DNA of 64,000 nt from Gammaproteobacteria bacterium 13_2_20CM_66_19 (GTDB lineage Bacteria > Pseudomonadota > Gammaproteobacteria > Steroidobacterales > Steroidobacteraceae): NCBI GenBank assembly GCA_001914695.1, contig MNCZ01000066.1, positions 10,544 to 74,543 of the forward strand, written 5' to 3'. Below are positions 55,409 through 64,000 of the stretch, piece by piece. A model generated the notes under the pieces. The model made no database searches. It was not told where the DNA came from and saw only the letters and a list, made by a program, of their open reading frames with translations. Each line of letters starts with the position of its first letter. The first letter of the stretch is position 1. The position numbers and the translations under genes are program-made.

Positions 55409-57184
55409 TTATTTGTCGACGGCAGCGCCCGGGTGCGCCGCGGGCCGAGGGCGGCGACACTCATCGACGCTGCGATAGTCGGTGTGCGCCGGATACAGCG
55501 CCAGGAGCTTGCGCGTCACGCCGTTGGTCCAGCCGAAGCCGTCCTGCAGCGGGTACTCGCCGCCGCCGCCCGGACGGTCGGTGTTCATCACGTCGTACTT
55601 CTCGAGCAGTTTGCCGCTCTCGCGGTAGGCGCGCGCGACATTCACCGACCAGCGGCACGCAATCTCCTCGGCGAGCGCCGCCTCTCCGTAGGCGTTGAAT
55701 CCGGCCACCGCGATCCACTGCAGCGGCGCCCAGCCGTTCGGCGCATCCCACTGCTGGCCGGTATTGCGGGTGGTCGTGACCACGCCGCCCCCCTTGAGGA
55801 GGCGCCGTCGCGTGGTGCGGGCGACCGAGGCGGCCTGGGCAGGGGAGGCGGCATGCACGAACAACGGGTAGAGCGTGGCCGCCGATACGCGCGGGATGCG
55901 CTCCCCCCGTGCCCACTGATAATCGAAATAGGCCCCGCGCACCGGGTCCCAGAGATATCGGTCCATCGCCTTGCGCCGGGCCCGCGCGTGCTCGCGGAAC
56001 GCGCGCTGGCAGGCCTCGTCATGGGCCTCGCCACAGCCGGCTGCGATCGCCTGCTCGAGCCCGAACAGCAGGCTGTTGAGATCGACCGGCACGATGGCGG
56101 TGGTGTCGATCGAGGTCAGGGAGTGTGCGTCGGCGAACCAGCGTGAGCTGAAGTCCCAACCGCTCTCGGCCGCGGCGCGCACGTCGCGGTAGAGCTCCCG
56201 CCGATCGCGCCCGCTGCGGTTGGCGAGCGCCACGTCCTCGCGGTATGACTCGTCCCGCGGCAGGTCCTCGTCGTCCCAGTAGCGGTTGAGCACCTGCCCG
56301 GGCGCCGGCGCGCGCACCCGCGTCGCTCCGCCGAGGCCGACGACGCGCCGCCGGGCCAACCCTCGCGCCACGGACGATGCCCCGTCCATCCAGAAGGCAT
56401 ATTCGCGCTCGAGCTGCGTGAGATAGCGGGCAAAGGCGCGCTCGGGGTGTCCGGGCTCGAGGAGTGCCACCATCGCGAAGAAGAACGGCGGCTGCGAACG
56501 GCTGAGGTAATACGTGCGATTGCCGTTCGGGATTCGTCCGTAGGTGTCGATGAGGTGGGCGAAGTCGCCCACCATGTCCTTCGTGAGGTCCGCGCGCCCG
56601 CTCTCGAGCAGCCCCAGCATGGTGAAGTACGAGTCCCAGTAATAGATCTCGCGGAATCGCCCGCCCGGCACCACGAAGGGCCGCGGCAGCGACAGGAGCG
56701 ACGAGTAGGGCGGAATGTCGGCGGGCTGGCGAGTCAGCACGCCCCAGAGCGCATCGATGTGATCGATCAGCGAGGCACCGGCCGGTGCGGCACGCGGGGG
56801 CACAGCCGTCGAAGCCGGACCCGAGCCAACCGTTGTCGGGGCCGTGAAGTGGGTGGCCACGAAGCGCTTGAGCTCCTCCGGCGTACGCGGCGTGGCCGCG
56901 CGGTACCGGGCCAGAATCTCCGCAGGTGAGCCCTTGGGGATGGCATCGCAGAAGTCCTTGCCGTCCGCGAACACCTGCTCCTCCTGAACCCGGGTGAAGA
57001 GCTCTCCGTAGAGCGCATGCGGGGGGAGAACCTCCGCTCCCGGCTCGAGCGCGATGCCCTCCGGTGGGCGCGCGAGCAGGAGCAGAGCGAGCACGCCGCC
57101 GGGGGCGGCGGCGCCCAGCACGCGCGCCCTGAGCGACGAGATGCTGGCGCGATCGGGCCGGCCGGACGGGCATCGGGCGGACAT
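55409..57184 (-). CDS. treA: Periplasmic alpha,alpha-trehalase (GH37)
   Basis: GH37 signatures PGGRFREIYYWDSYF and QWDAPNGWAPLQ. N-terminal signal-like segment. ATG 57184 chosen. Confidence 0.9.
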   Translation of the reverse strand: MSARCPSGRPDRASISSLRARVLGAAAPGGVLALLLLARPPEGIALEPGAEVLPPHALYGELFTRVQEEQVFADGKDFCDAIPKGSPAEILARYRAATPRTPEELKRFVATHFTAPTTVGSGPASTAVPPRAAPAGASLIDHIDALWGVLTRQPADIPPYSSLLSLPRPFVVPGGRFREIYYWDSYFTMLGLLESGRADLTKDMVGDFAHLIDTYGRIPNGNRTYYLSRSQPPFFFAMVALLEPGHPERAFARYLTQLEREYAFWMDGASSVARGLARRRVVGLGGATRVRAPAPGQVLNRYWDDEDLPRDESYREDVALANRSGRDRRELYRDVRAAAESGWDFSSRWFADAHSLTSIDTTAIVPVDLNSLLFGLEQAIAAGCGEAHDEACQRAFREHARARRKAMDRYLWDPVRGAYFDYQWARGERIPRVSAATLYPLFVHAASPAQAASVARTTRRRLLKGGGVVTTTRNTGQQWDAPNGWAPLQWIAVAGFNAYGEAALAEEIACRWSVNVARAYRESGKLLEKYDVMNTDRPGGGGEYPLQDGFGWTNGVTRKLLALYPAHTDYRSVDECRRPRPAAHPGAAVDK

Positions 57185-57260
57185 CGGGGCGCCAGCATGA
57201 CATGCAGACCGGCCCCGTGCACGGGTGTACCCTTCCTTCGCGGAGGGTGAGGAGCGGACG

Positions 57261-58082
57261 ATGGCGACCGAGGAACGGACGGTGACCGAGGAACGGACGA
57301 TGGCGGCGGCCGCGGAGCCGATGGTGAGGCGCGCACAGGACGCACGCGGCGTGCGCACTCTGACCCTCAATCGCCCGCAGTCCTTCAATGCGCTCTCCGA
57401 GGCGATGCTCGTGGCGCTGCAGGAGGAGCTCGATGCGATCGCGGCGGACGAATCGGTGCGCGTCGTGGTGCTCGCGGCCGAGGGCAAGGCGTTCTGCGCC
57501 GGCCATGACCTGAAGGAAATGCGCGCCAAGCCCTCGCTCGGCTATTACCGGGAGCTGTTTGCGCAGTGCACGCGAATGATGCTCGGCCTCGTGCGGCTCC
57601 CGGTGCCGGTGATCGCGCGCGTGCAGGGCATCGCCACGGCGGCGGGCTGCCAGCTGGTCGCCCAGTGCGACCTCGCGGTCGCCTCCAGCGCCGCGCGCTT
57701 CGCGGTGAGTGGCATCAACCTCGGGCTTTTCTGCTCGACGCCCTCCGTGCCGCTGCTGCGCAACGTGCCGCGCAAGCCCGCGTTCGAGATGCTGGTCACC
57801 GGGGACTTCATCGATGCCGCACAGGCGCGATCCTTGGGGCTCGTAAACCGCGTGGCCGAGCCCGCGCGGCTCGACGCCGAGATCGAGACGCTGCTCGCGA
57901 GCATCGTCGCCAAGCCGCGCGCCGTCATCGCGATGGGCAAGGAGCTCTTCTACGGCCAAGTCGAGCTCGGCCTCCAGGCGGCGTACGCGGCGGCCGGCGA
58001 GACCATGGCCTGCAACATGCTGGAGGAGGCGGCGCTCGAGGGCGTGCAGGCCTTCATCGATAAGCGCAAGCCACGGTGGTGA
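57261..58082 (+). CDS. Enoyl-CoA hydratase/isomerase (crotonase) family protein
   Basis: TLTLNRPQSFNALS...VVVLAAEGKAFCAGHDLKEM...IARVQGIATAAGCQLVAQCDL are crotonase blocks. The start is ambiguous (ATG 57261, GTG 57282 or ATG 57300) because of an 18-bp tandem duplication. Confidence 0.85.
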   Translation: MATEERTVTEERTMAAAAEPMVRRAQDARGVRTLTLNRPQSFNALSEAMLVALQEELDAIAADESVRVVVLAAEGKAFCAGHDLKEMRAKPSLGYYRELFAQCTRMMLGLVRLPVPVIARVQGIATAAGCQLVAQCDLAVASSAARFAVSGINLGLFCSTPSVPLLRNVPRKPAFEMLVTGDFIDAAQARSLGLVNRVAEPARLDAEIETLLASIVAKPRAVIAMGKELFYGQVELGLQAAYAAAGETMACNMLEEAALEGVQAFIDKRKPRW

Positions 58083-58206
58083 GCCGGGTGCGGCGGCTCC
58101 CCGCGGCCGGCCGCGCGATGATCCGAGGAGCCCCCGCGGCGACCTGAGCGCTTCGATCGCGCGCTGCCGCCTATCATCATGCGGCGTCGTCCATGAGAGG
58201 CGGAGC

Positions 58207-58674
58207 ATGGCGATCGACTTCACGCTGAACCAGCGTCCCGTGCGCTACGACGGCGACCCTGCGATGCCGCTGCTCTGGTATCTGCGCGATCACGCGCGCC
58301 TCACCGGAACCAAGTTCGGCTGCGGGATCGGTTACTGCGGGGCCTGCACCGTCCACCTCGACGGTGCCGCGACGCGCTCGTGCGTCGTGCCCATGTCGGC
58401 CGTGGGAGGCCGCCGCGTCACGACCATCGAGGGGCTCGCGTCCGACGGCCGCCTGCACCCGGTCCAGCAAGCCTGGATCGAGGAGGACGTCGCTCAGTGC
58501 GGCTACTGCCAGGCGGGCCAGATCATGGCGGCCGTGGATCTCATCACGCGCACGCCCGCGCCGAGCGATGCCGACATCGCGACGCTCACCAACCTCTGCC
58601 GCTGCGGCACTTACCCGCGCATCCGCCGGGCCATCCGTCGCGCAGCCGCGCAGCTTAACCGCACGCGCCGATGA
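58207..58674 (+). CDS. (2Fe-2S)-binding small subunit of a molybdopterin oxidoreductase (IorA/aldehyde dehydrogenase type)
   Basis: GCGIGYCGACTV and QCGYCQAGQIM...LCRCGTY cysteine clusters. 155 aa. Confidence 0.9.
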   Translation: MAIDFTLNQRPVRYDGDPAMPLLWYLRDHARLTGTKFGCGIGYCGACTVHLDGAATRSCVVPMSAVGGRRVTTIEGLASDGRLHPVQQAWIEEDVAQCGYCQAGQIMAAVDLITRTPAPSDADIATLTNLCRCGTYPRIRRAIRRAAAQLNRTRR

Positions 58675-60929
58675 GCGCTGTGCCGGACACCCGAGCGCTC
58701 TCGCGCCGCGCCTTTCTCGGCGTGTCGCTGAGCGCAGCCGGCGGGCTGCTGCTGGCGCTGCGCTCTGGGGCGGCGGGTCAGGAGACGGCAGCCGCAGGCG
58801 AGGCGCTCGGCGCCTTCATCCGCATCGAGCCGGACGGACGCATCGTGATCGGCGCGCGCGGCTGCGAGATCGGGCAGGGCGTCAAGACATCCCTTCCCAT
58901 GCTGATCGCGGAAGAACTGGACGTTCCCTGGCCGGCCGTGACGGTCGAGCAACTGCCCTATGGCCTCGTCGCCGCCAGGGATCCGCCGGGCTTCACCTCG
59001 CTCTACGGGCCCCAGGGTGCGGGCGGCAGCACCAACATTCCGGACGGCTGGCACGACCTGCGGCTGGCGGGTGCGAGGGCCCGATGGCTCCTGATCCAGA
59101 CGGCGGCGCGCGTCTGGGAGACACCGCCCGATCGGCTGACGACGCGCGAGGCGCACGTGGTGCACCCGGACGGGCGGACGCTCGGCTACGCGGAGCTCGC
59201 GCCGCGCGCCGCGAAGCTCGATCTGCCGGCGGCGGATCTGCCGCTGAAAGCGAGGAGTGAGTATCGGATCATCGGCCAGCCGACCCGGGTCGTCGATGCG
59301 CGCGACATCGTGACCGGGGTGGCCGCTTACGGAATCGACGCCGCGATCCCTTCGGCCCTGACGGCGCTCATCGCGCGATGTCCGTACTTCGATGGTGAAG
59401 TTGCGAGCGTCGACGAAGCGCAAGCGCGGCGTGTTCCCGGCGTCAGACAGGTCGTCAGGATCCCGGGGCCGCGGCCCGGTGCGCCATTGGACCGAAACCT
59501 CGCAGCCGGCGTTGCGGTCCTGGCGGATGACTTCTGGTCCGCCCGTAAGGGCCGTGAGGCGCTGCGCATCACGTGGACGCGCCCGTCGGGAGCTGCGGAC
59601 TCCTCGGCCGCGCTCGAGCGCCGCGCCACTGCAGCGCTCGCGGCGAGCGCAAAGATCGCGCGCCGCGATGGCAACCCGGACGAGGCCCGGAACGCTGCCG
59701 CCCGCGTGGTGGAGGCGGTGTACGTCATGCCGCTCCTCGCGCATGCGACGATGGAGCCGCCGAATGCGCTCATCGATCTCAAGCCGAAGAGCGCGCTGCT
59801 CATCGCCTCGCTCCAGAGCCCCGGCGGCGCATCGCAGATGATCCACGCGATGACCGGCGTTGCCCGCACCGACATCGAGATCCGGCTGCCGCGGGTCGGC
59901 GGAGGCTTCGGCCGCCGGCTGCAGAACGACTTCGTGGCGGAAGCGGTGCTGGTGGCGCAGGCGGCCGGGACGCCGGTGAAAGTCATGTGGACGCGCGAGG
60001 ACGACCTGCAGAACGATTTCTACCGGCCGTTCGGTCTGCATCAGCTCCGGGCGTCCCTCGATGCCCAGGGTCGCCTCACCAGCTGGGCGCATCGCGTGGC
60101 CGCGACACCGCGCAAGTACCGTGCCGCCGGCATGGAGGACGCGGCGGACTGGGTCGGCTGCGTCGACCCCGACGGCTTTCCCGCCGGCTGTGTGGCGAGC
60201 TACCTCGCGGAGTTCGTGCCGGTGGACTTCAGCATTCCGCGGGGCTGGTGGCGTGCGCCGCTGCCGACGTTCTGCGCATTTGCGGTGGAGAGCTTCCTCG
60301 ACGAGGTGGCGCTCGCTGCGGGCACCGATCCGTTGACGCTGCGACTCGATCTGCTCGGTGCGCCGCGCGAGCTGCCGTATCGCGACCACGGCGGACCGAC
60401 CCTGCACACCGGGCGCCTCGGCGGCGTGCTCGACAGCGCGGCGGGCGCGATCGGCTACGGACGGAAGCTCCCGGCGGGCCGCGGGATCGGCCTGGCGAGT
60501 CATTTCACCCACGGTGGATATGTCGCCCACGCGCTCGAAGTCGCCGTGTCGCAAGCGGGCGCGCTCGAGGTCGTGAGGTGCGTGTGCGCGGCGGACGTCG
60601 GCGAGATCGTCAACCCGCTCGGGCTCGAAGCCCAGATGATGGGAGCGACCCTCGACGGACTCTCGACGGCGCTCGAGCTCGAGATCACCGTGAGGGACGG
60701 CCGCATCGAGCAGTCGAACTTTCCCGACTATCGGCTGCTGCGCATGGGGGCGGCGCCCGACGTCGAGGTGCATCTCCTGCCCTCGGGATTCCCGCCGTCC
60801 GGGGCCGGCGAGATGGGGATACCCTCGGTCGCGCCGGCGCTCGCCAACGCCATTTTCGCCGCAACGGGTCAGCGCATCCGCCGTCTGCCGGTGGGAGATC
60901 AGCTCAAGAGCCCGGCGAGGGCAAGCTGA
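58671..60929 (+). CDS. Molybdopterin-binding large subunit (IorB/aldehyde oxidase-xanthine dehydrogenase family) with Tat signal
   Basis: Twin-arginine leader SRRAFLGVSL. CEIGQGVKTSLPMLIAEEL, GGGFGRR and GAGEMGIPSVAPALANAI are typical of the family. 4-nt overlap with the small subunit gene. Confidence 0.88.
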   Translation: MSAVPDTRALSRRAFLGVSLSAAGGLLLALRSGAAGQETAAAGEALGAFIRIEPDGRIVIGARGCEIGQGVKTSLPMLIAEELDVPWPAVTVEQLPYGLVAARDPPGFTSLYGPQGAGGSTNIPDGWHDLRLAGARARWLLIQTAARVWETPPDRLTTREAHVVHPDGRTLGYAELAPRAAKLDLPAADLPLKARSEYRIIGQPTRVVDARDIVTGVAAYGIDAAIPSALTALIARCPYFDGEVASVDEAQARRVPGVRQVVRIPGPRPGAPLDRNLAAGVAVLADDFWSARKGREALRITWTRPSGAADSSAALERRATAALAASAKIARRDGNPDEARNAAARVVEAVYVMPLLAHATMEPPNALIDLKPKSALLIASLQSPGGASQMIHAMTGVARTDIEIRLPRVGGGFGRRLQNDFVAEAVLVAQAAGTPVKVMWTREDDLQNDFYRPFGLHQLRASLDAQGRLTSWAHRVAATPRKYRAAGMEDAADWVGCVDPDGFPAGCVASYLAEFVPVDFSIPRGWWRAPLPTFCAFAVESFLDEVALAAGTDPLTLRLDLLGAPRELPYRDHGGPTLHTGRLGGVLDSAAGAIGYGRKLPAGRGIGLASHFTHGGYVAHALEVAVSQAGALEVVRCVCAADVGEIVNPLGLEAQMMGATLDGLSTALELEITVRDGRIEQSNFPDYRLLRMGAAPDVEVHLLPSGFPPSGAGEMGIPSVAPALANAIFAATGQRIRRLPVGDQLKSPARAS

Positions 60930-62136
60930 TGCCTGCCGCGAACGGCGCGCGCACGTCCATGCGGGCGGTGACCGCCGGCATCGGATACTTGAGTCCGCTC
61001 GCGCAATTGAACAGCACCACCCGGTCGCTCGCGCGGAGCCGCCCGCCGGCGGCGGCTTCGAGATAGGCCGCGTAGGTCGCCGCTCCCTCGGGGCTGAGCA
61101 GCAGACCGTCCCGCAATCCCACCTGCTGCCGCGCCGCCTCGATGGCGGAATCCGACACCGCGAGCGCAAACCCGCCGCTCTCGCGCAGCGCCGCGAGGAT
61201 CAGAAAATCCCCGAGCGCCGCGGGCACCCGGATGCCGGCGGCGATCGTGTGGGCGTTCTCCCACGCCGTCGCGGCGCTCGCGCCGCTGTCGAACGCGCGC
61301 ACGATCGGCGCGCAGCCCGTCGCCTGGACCGCTACGAGGCGCGGCAGCGGCGGAGAGATCCACCCGAGAGCGGTGAGCTCAGCCCAGGCCTTCCACATGC
61401 CGATGAGGCCCGTGCCGCCGCCCGTCGGGTAGAAGACCACATCGGGGAGCTGCCAGTCGGTCTGCGCCGCGAGCTCGAGTCCCATGGTCTTCTTGCCTTC
61501 GATGCGGTACGGCTCCTTGAGCGTCGACAGGTCGAACCAGCCGAACTTCGCCTTACCCGACTCGACCAGCCGGGCGCAATCGTTGATCAGGCCGTTGACG
61601 CGCCAGACCGCCGCGCCCTGGAGCGCGATCTCGCTCAGGTTGATTTCAGGGGTGTCGTCCGGGCAGAAACAGAACGCCTCGAGGCCGGCGCGCGCGGCGT
61701 ACGCCGCCATGGCCGCCCCGGCGTTGCCGTTGGTGGGGATGGCGAGCCGCCGTGCGCCGCGTGCCTTCGCCATCGAGACCGCCACGGCGAGGCCGCGGGC
61801 CTTGAACGAGCCGGTCGGCAGGCGAGACTCGTCCTTGACCATCGGGGGCCGGAAGCCGGCGGGGCGCGGGCTGTGCGACAGCGCGATGAGGGGCGTCTCC
61901 ACTTCGCCGAGACTCACGATCCACGCGGGATCCTCGAGCGGCAGCAGCTCGTGCCAGCGCCATAAGTTCGGTGGGCGTCGCGCGATCTCCTCGCGGCGCA
62001 CCTCGCGCCGGAGAGCCTCGAGATCGTAGCCCGCGAGGAGCGGCTTTCCGGCCGCCGACAGACCCTGGAGCTTTCGGATGTCGTAGCGATCGTGGCCGAC
62101 ACTGCACTCGAGGTGAGTTGCGTAGGAGTAGCGCAC
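60904..62136 (-). CDS. Threonine synthase-like PLP-dependent enzyme
   Basis: The PLP-lysine block is KDESRLPTGSFKARG, followed by TNGNAGAA and PTGGGTGLIG. 410 aa. The exact reaction (ThrC versus a paralogue) is not determinable here. Confidence 0.75.
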   Translation of the reverse strand: MRYSYATHLECSVGHDRYDIRKLQGLSAAGKPLLAGYDLEALRREVRREEIARRPPNLWRWHELLPLEDPAWIVSLGEVETPLIALSHSPRPAGFRPPMVKDESRLPTGSFKARGLAVAVSMAKARGARRLAIPTNGNAGAAMAAYAARAGLEAFCFCPDDTPEINLSEIALQGAAVWRVNGLINDCARLVESGKAKFGWFDLSTLKEPYRIEGKKTMGLELAAQTDWQLPDVVFYPTGGGTGLIGMWKAWAELTALGWISPPLPRLVAVQATGCAPIVRAFDSGASAATAWENAHTIAAGIRVPAALGDFLILAALRESGGFALAVSDSAIEAARQQVGLRDGLLLSPEGAATYAAYLEAAAGGRLRASDRVVLFNCASGLKYPMPAVTARMDVRAPFAAGISLPSPGS

Positions 62137-62197
62137 CAGGACTCCTCGGCTTTCACGGGGCGGCTTCGCCGCCCTAGCTTTATGCTACAAGGATCCG

Positions 62198-63520
62198 ATG
62201 ACGTCCGGGACGCCGCTGAGCTCGCCGCCGCAACTGGTCCGCGCCATCGGCCGCTGGAGCATGGTAGCACTCGCGGTCAACAGCATCCTCGGCAGCGGTA
62301 TCTTCGGATTGCCTTCGGCGGTCGCGGCACTGGTGGGTGAGTGGAGTGTGTGGGCGGTGCTGATCGCGGGCGCCGGCATGGGCGTAATCATTGCCTGCTA
62401 CGCGGAAGTTGCCTCGCAGTTCGACGAGACCGGCGGCACTTACCTCTATCTGAGGCACACGTTCGGGCGTTTCGTGGGGGTTCAGGTAGGCTGGCTGACG
62501 CTCTTGAGCCGGCTCACCGCGTGCGCTGCCGCCGTGAACCTCCTGGTCATTTACCTCGCGGAATTCTGGCCGGCGGCGGCCGAGCCGCTCCCGCGGCTTG
62601 CGGTGATTACGGTTTTCCTCTGCACTCTGGCGGCGGTCAATTACCGGGGCGTCGGCGCCGGTGCGCGAGTCAGCAACGTCACGGTGGTCGCGAAGCTCCT
62701 GGCGCTGGCTGTGGTCTGCGTCGCCGGCACGATCTATCTCGTGGGCCATCCGCAGGTTGCGGCGCGACCGGTGGAAGCGGGTCTCGACGGCTGGCTGAAG
62801 GCGATGCTGTTGCTGCTCTTCGCCTATGGCGGTTATGAGGCCGCGCTGAATCCGATGGGCGAGGCGCGCAACCCGCAGCGGGATGTCGCGTTCGCGCTGT
62901 TCACCGCGCTCGCGATCCTCCTCGCGCTCTACGCGCTGCTGCAGCTCATCGTCATCGACCTGGTCCCGGATGCCGCTCACAGTGTCCGTCCGCTCGCCGA
63001 CGCCGCCCGCGTCGCCATGGGACCCGCCGGCGCGGCTCTGATCTCCGTGGGCGCGCTGCTCTCGGTCTACGGCTACATCAGCGCCAACATGCTGACCGTG
63101 CCCCGCAGCACCTTCGCGCTCGCAGAGCGGGGAGACTTCCCCGCCTGGCTCGCCGCGGTGCACCCGCGCTTTCGCACGCCGCACTTTTCGATCCTCGCCT
63201 TTGCGCTGCTGCTCTGGGGGTTTTCCCAGTTCGCGAGCTTCTCCTGGAACGTGACGCTCTCGGCGGTGGCGCGGGTGCTCTTCTACGGCGGCATCTGCGC
63301 CGCGGTTCCGGTCCTGCGCCGGCGGCAGCCCGGCGCCGCCGTGTACCGCCTGCCCGGGGGACTCCTCCTGCCGCTCGTTGGAACGGCGATCTGCGCGCTG
63401 CTGCTCACGCGGGTGGACTTCAGCAAGTCGCTCATCCTGCTCGCGACGCTCACCGGCGCGGCGGTGAACTGGCTCCTTGTCAGGAATCCGAGACGGGCTG
63501 CGGCGATTTCAAAGGCATAA
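62198..63520 (+). CDS. APC-family amino acid permease
   Basis: 440 aa with 12 hydrophobic segments. N-terminal VNSILGSGIFGLP and mid-protein FAYGGYEAA are APC hallmarks. Confidence 0.85.
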   Translation: MTSGTPLSSPPQLVRAIGRWSMVALAVNSILGSGIFGLPSAVAALVGEWSVWAVLIAGAGMGVIIACYAEVASQFDETGGTYLYLRHTFGRFVGVQVGWLTLLSRLTACAAAVNLLVIYLAEFWPAAAEPLPRLAVITVFLCTLAAVNYRGVGAGARVSNVTVVAKLLALAVVCVAGTIYLVGHPQVAARPVEAGLDGWLKAMLLLLFAYGGYEAALNPMGEARNPQRDVAFALFTALAILLALYALLQLIVIDLVPDAAHSVRPLADAARVAMGPAGAALISVGALLSVYGYISANMLTVPRSTFALAERGDFPAWLAAVHPRFRTPHFSILAFALLLWGFSQFASFSWNVTLSAVARVLFYGGICAAVPVLRRRQPGAAVYRLPGGLLLPLVGTAICALLLTRVDFSKSLILLATLTGAAVNWLLVRNPRRAAAISKA

Positions 63521-64000
63521 GCCTGCGCACCCGGAGCCGCGGCCGGACGCCTCCGTCACCGCGGGCGCCCGCGCCGTCGCTGCAGGGGCGGCGGAGGCGC
63601 TCGCCGGCTTTGTGAATTTCAGGATCACCTGATCGGTGCGCCCGCGAACCGCGGCATCGAACACGCGCAACCGGTGCGAATCCTGCGGGTTGCGCAGCAA
63701 GTCGCTCTCGGCCTCGAGGCGGAATCCGGCGGCCAGGGCGGTGCGGACGATGACTTCGGGGTCGATGCGATGCAGCGTCTCGGTGTCGCGTGTCCCCGAT
63801 CCGGCTTCCGCGACGTGATCGATGACCATGAGCTCCCCGCCCGGCTTCAGCGCCTCGAACATCGCCCGGGCGACTTGCGACACGTTCGCCGGCCCCATGA
63901 ACGAGTCATAGAGATCATGGAAATTGAGTGACGTCCACACCAGGTCGACCGGCTCAGGCGGCCGGAACCGATCGACCGGCCCGGTCAACACGCTCACGTT
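63509..64000 (-). CDS. Class I SAM-dependent methyltransferase, C-terminal part (5' end outside window)
   Basis: DLVWTSLNFHDL...MFEALKPGGELMVIDH corresponds to post-motif-II regions of class I MTases. The SAM-binding GxGxG motif is missing, so the gene must continue past base 64000. Confidence 0.6.
   Translation of the reverse strand, partial: NVSVLTGPVDRFRPPEPVDLVWTSLNFHDLYDSFMGPANVSQVARAMFEALKPGGELMVIDHVAEAGSGTRDTETLHRIDPEVIVRTALAAGFRLEAESDLLRNPQDSHRLRVFDAAVRGRTDQVILKFTKPASASAAPAATARAPAVTEASGRGSGCAGLCL

Noticed and set aside
60904-60929. 26-nt convergent overlap of the molybdo-oxidoreductase large subunit and the threonine synthase-like gene, and a 12-nt overlap of the APC permease and the SAM-MTase at 63509-63520
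   Set aside because: Short convergent 3' overlaps are common in compact high-GC genomes. Nothing suggests antisense regulation beyond the overlap itself.

Overview
High-GC (roughly 65-72% in core genes) proteobacterial chromosomal segment. The right half (about 32.7-49.6 kb) is a conserved housekeeping block in the order typical of Gamma/Betaproteobacteria: pcnB-folK-dNK-panB-panC, queG divergent from nnr-tsaE-amiB-mutL-miaA-hfq-hflX-hflK-hflC-DUF2065-purA. After it come metabolic and transport genes: GT39, M48 protease, ppk2, an SSS symporter, trehalase, enoyl-CoA hydratase, a two-subunit molybdo-oxidoreductase, a threonine synthase-like gene and an APC permease. The left end carries a complete stressosome module (rsbR-rsbS-rsbT-rsbX). 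Instead of a sigma-B partner-switching cascade, it is wired to a histidine kinase with an RsbU-N-like domain, a NarL-type response regulator, an 18-bp tandem repeat array and a small SGDEF diguanylate cyclase. The most unusual part is a compositionally mosaic accessory region (about 20.9-32.6 kb) that ends at a tRNA-Glu(CUC). It holds hipBA, ccdAB, a zeta-toxin remnant and a co-directional cassette on the minus strand: DNA methyltransferase - WYL regulator - 309-aa protein of unknown function (resembles ARPP-1/DUF6569) - RmuC nuclease-like protein - patatin-like phospholipase with a C-terminal membrane domain. I rank this cassette as the best candidate for an undescribed conflict/defence system. 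There is also a decayed MttB-family pseudogene. No CRISPR array, rRNA, transposase or integrase was seen. All family calls come from reading motifs in the supplied translations; no database search was run.
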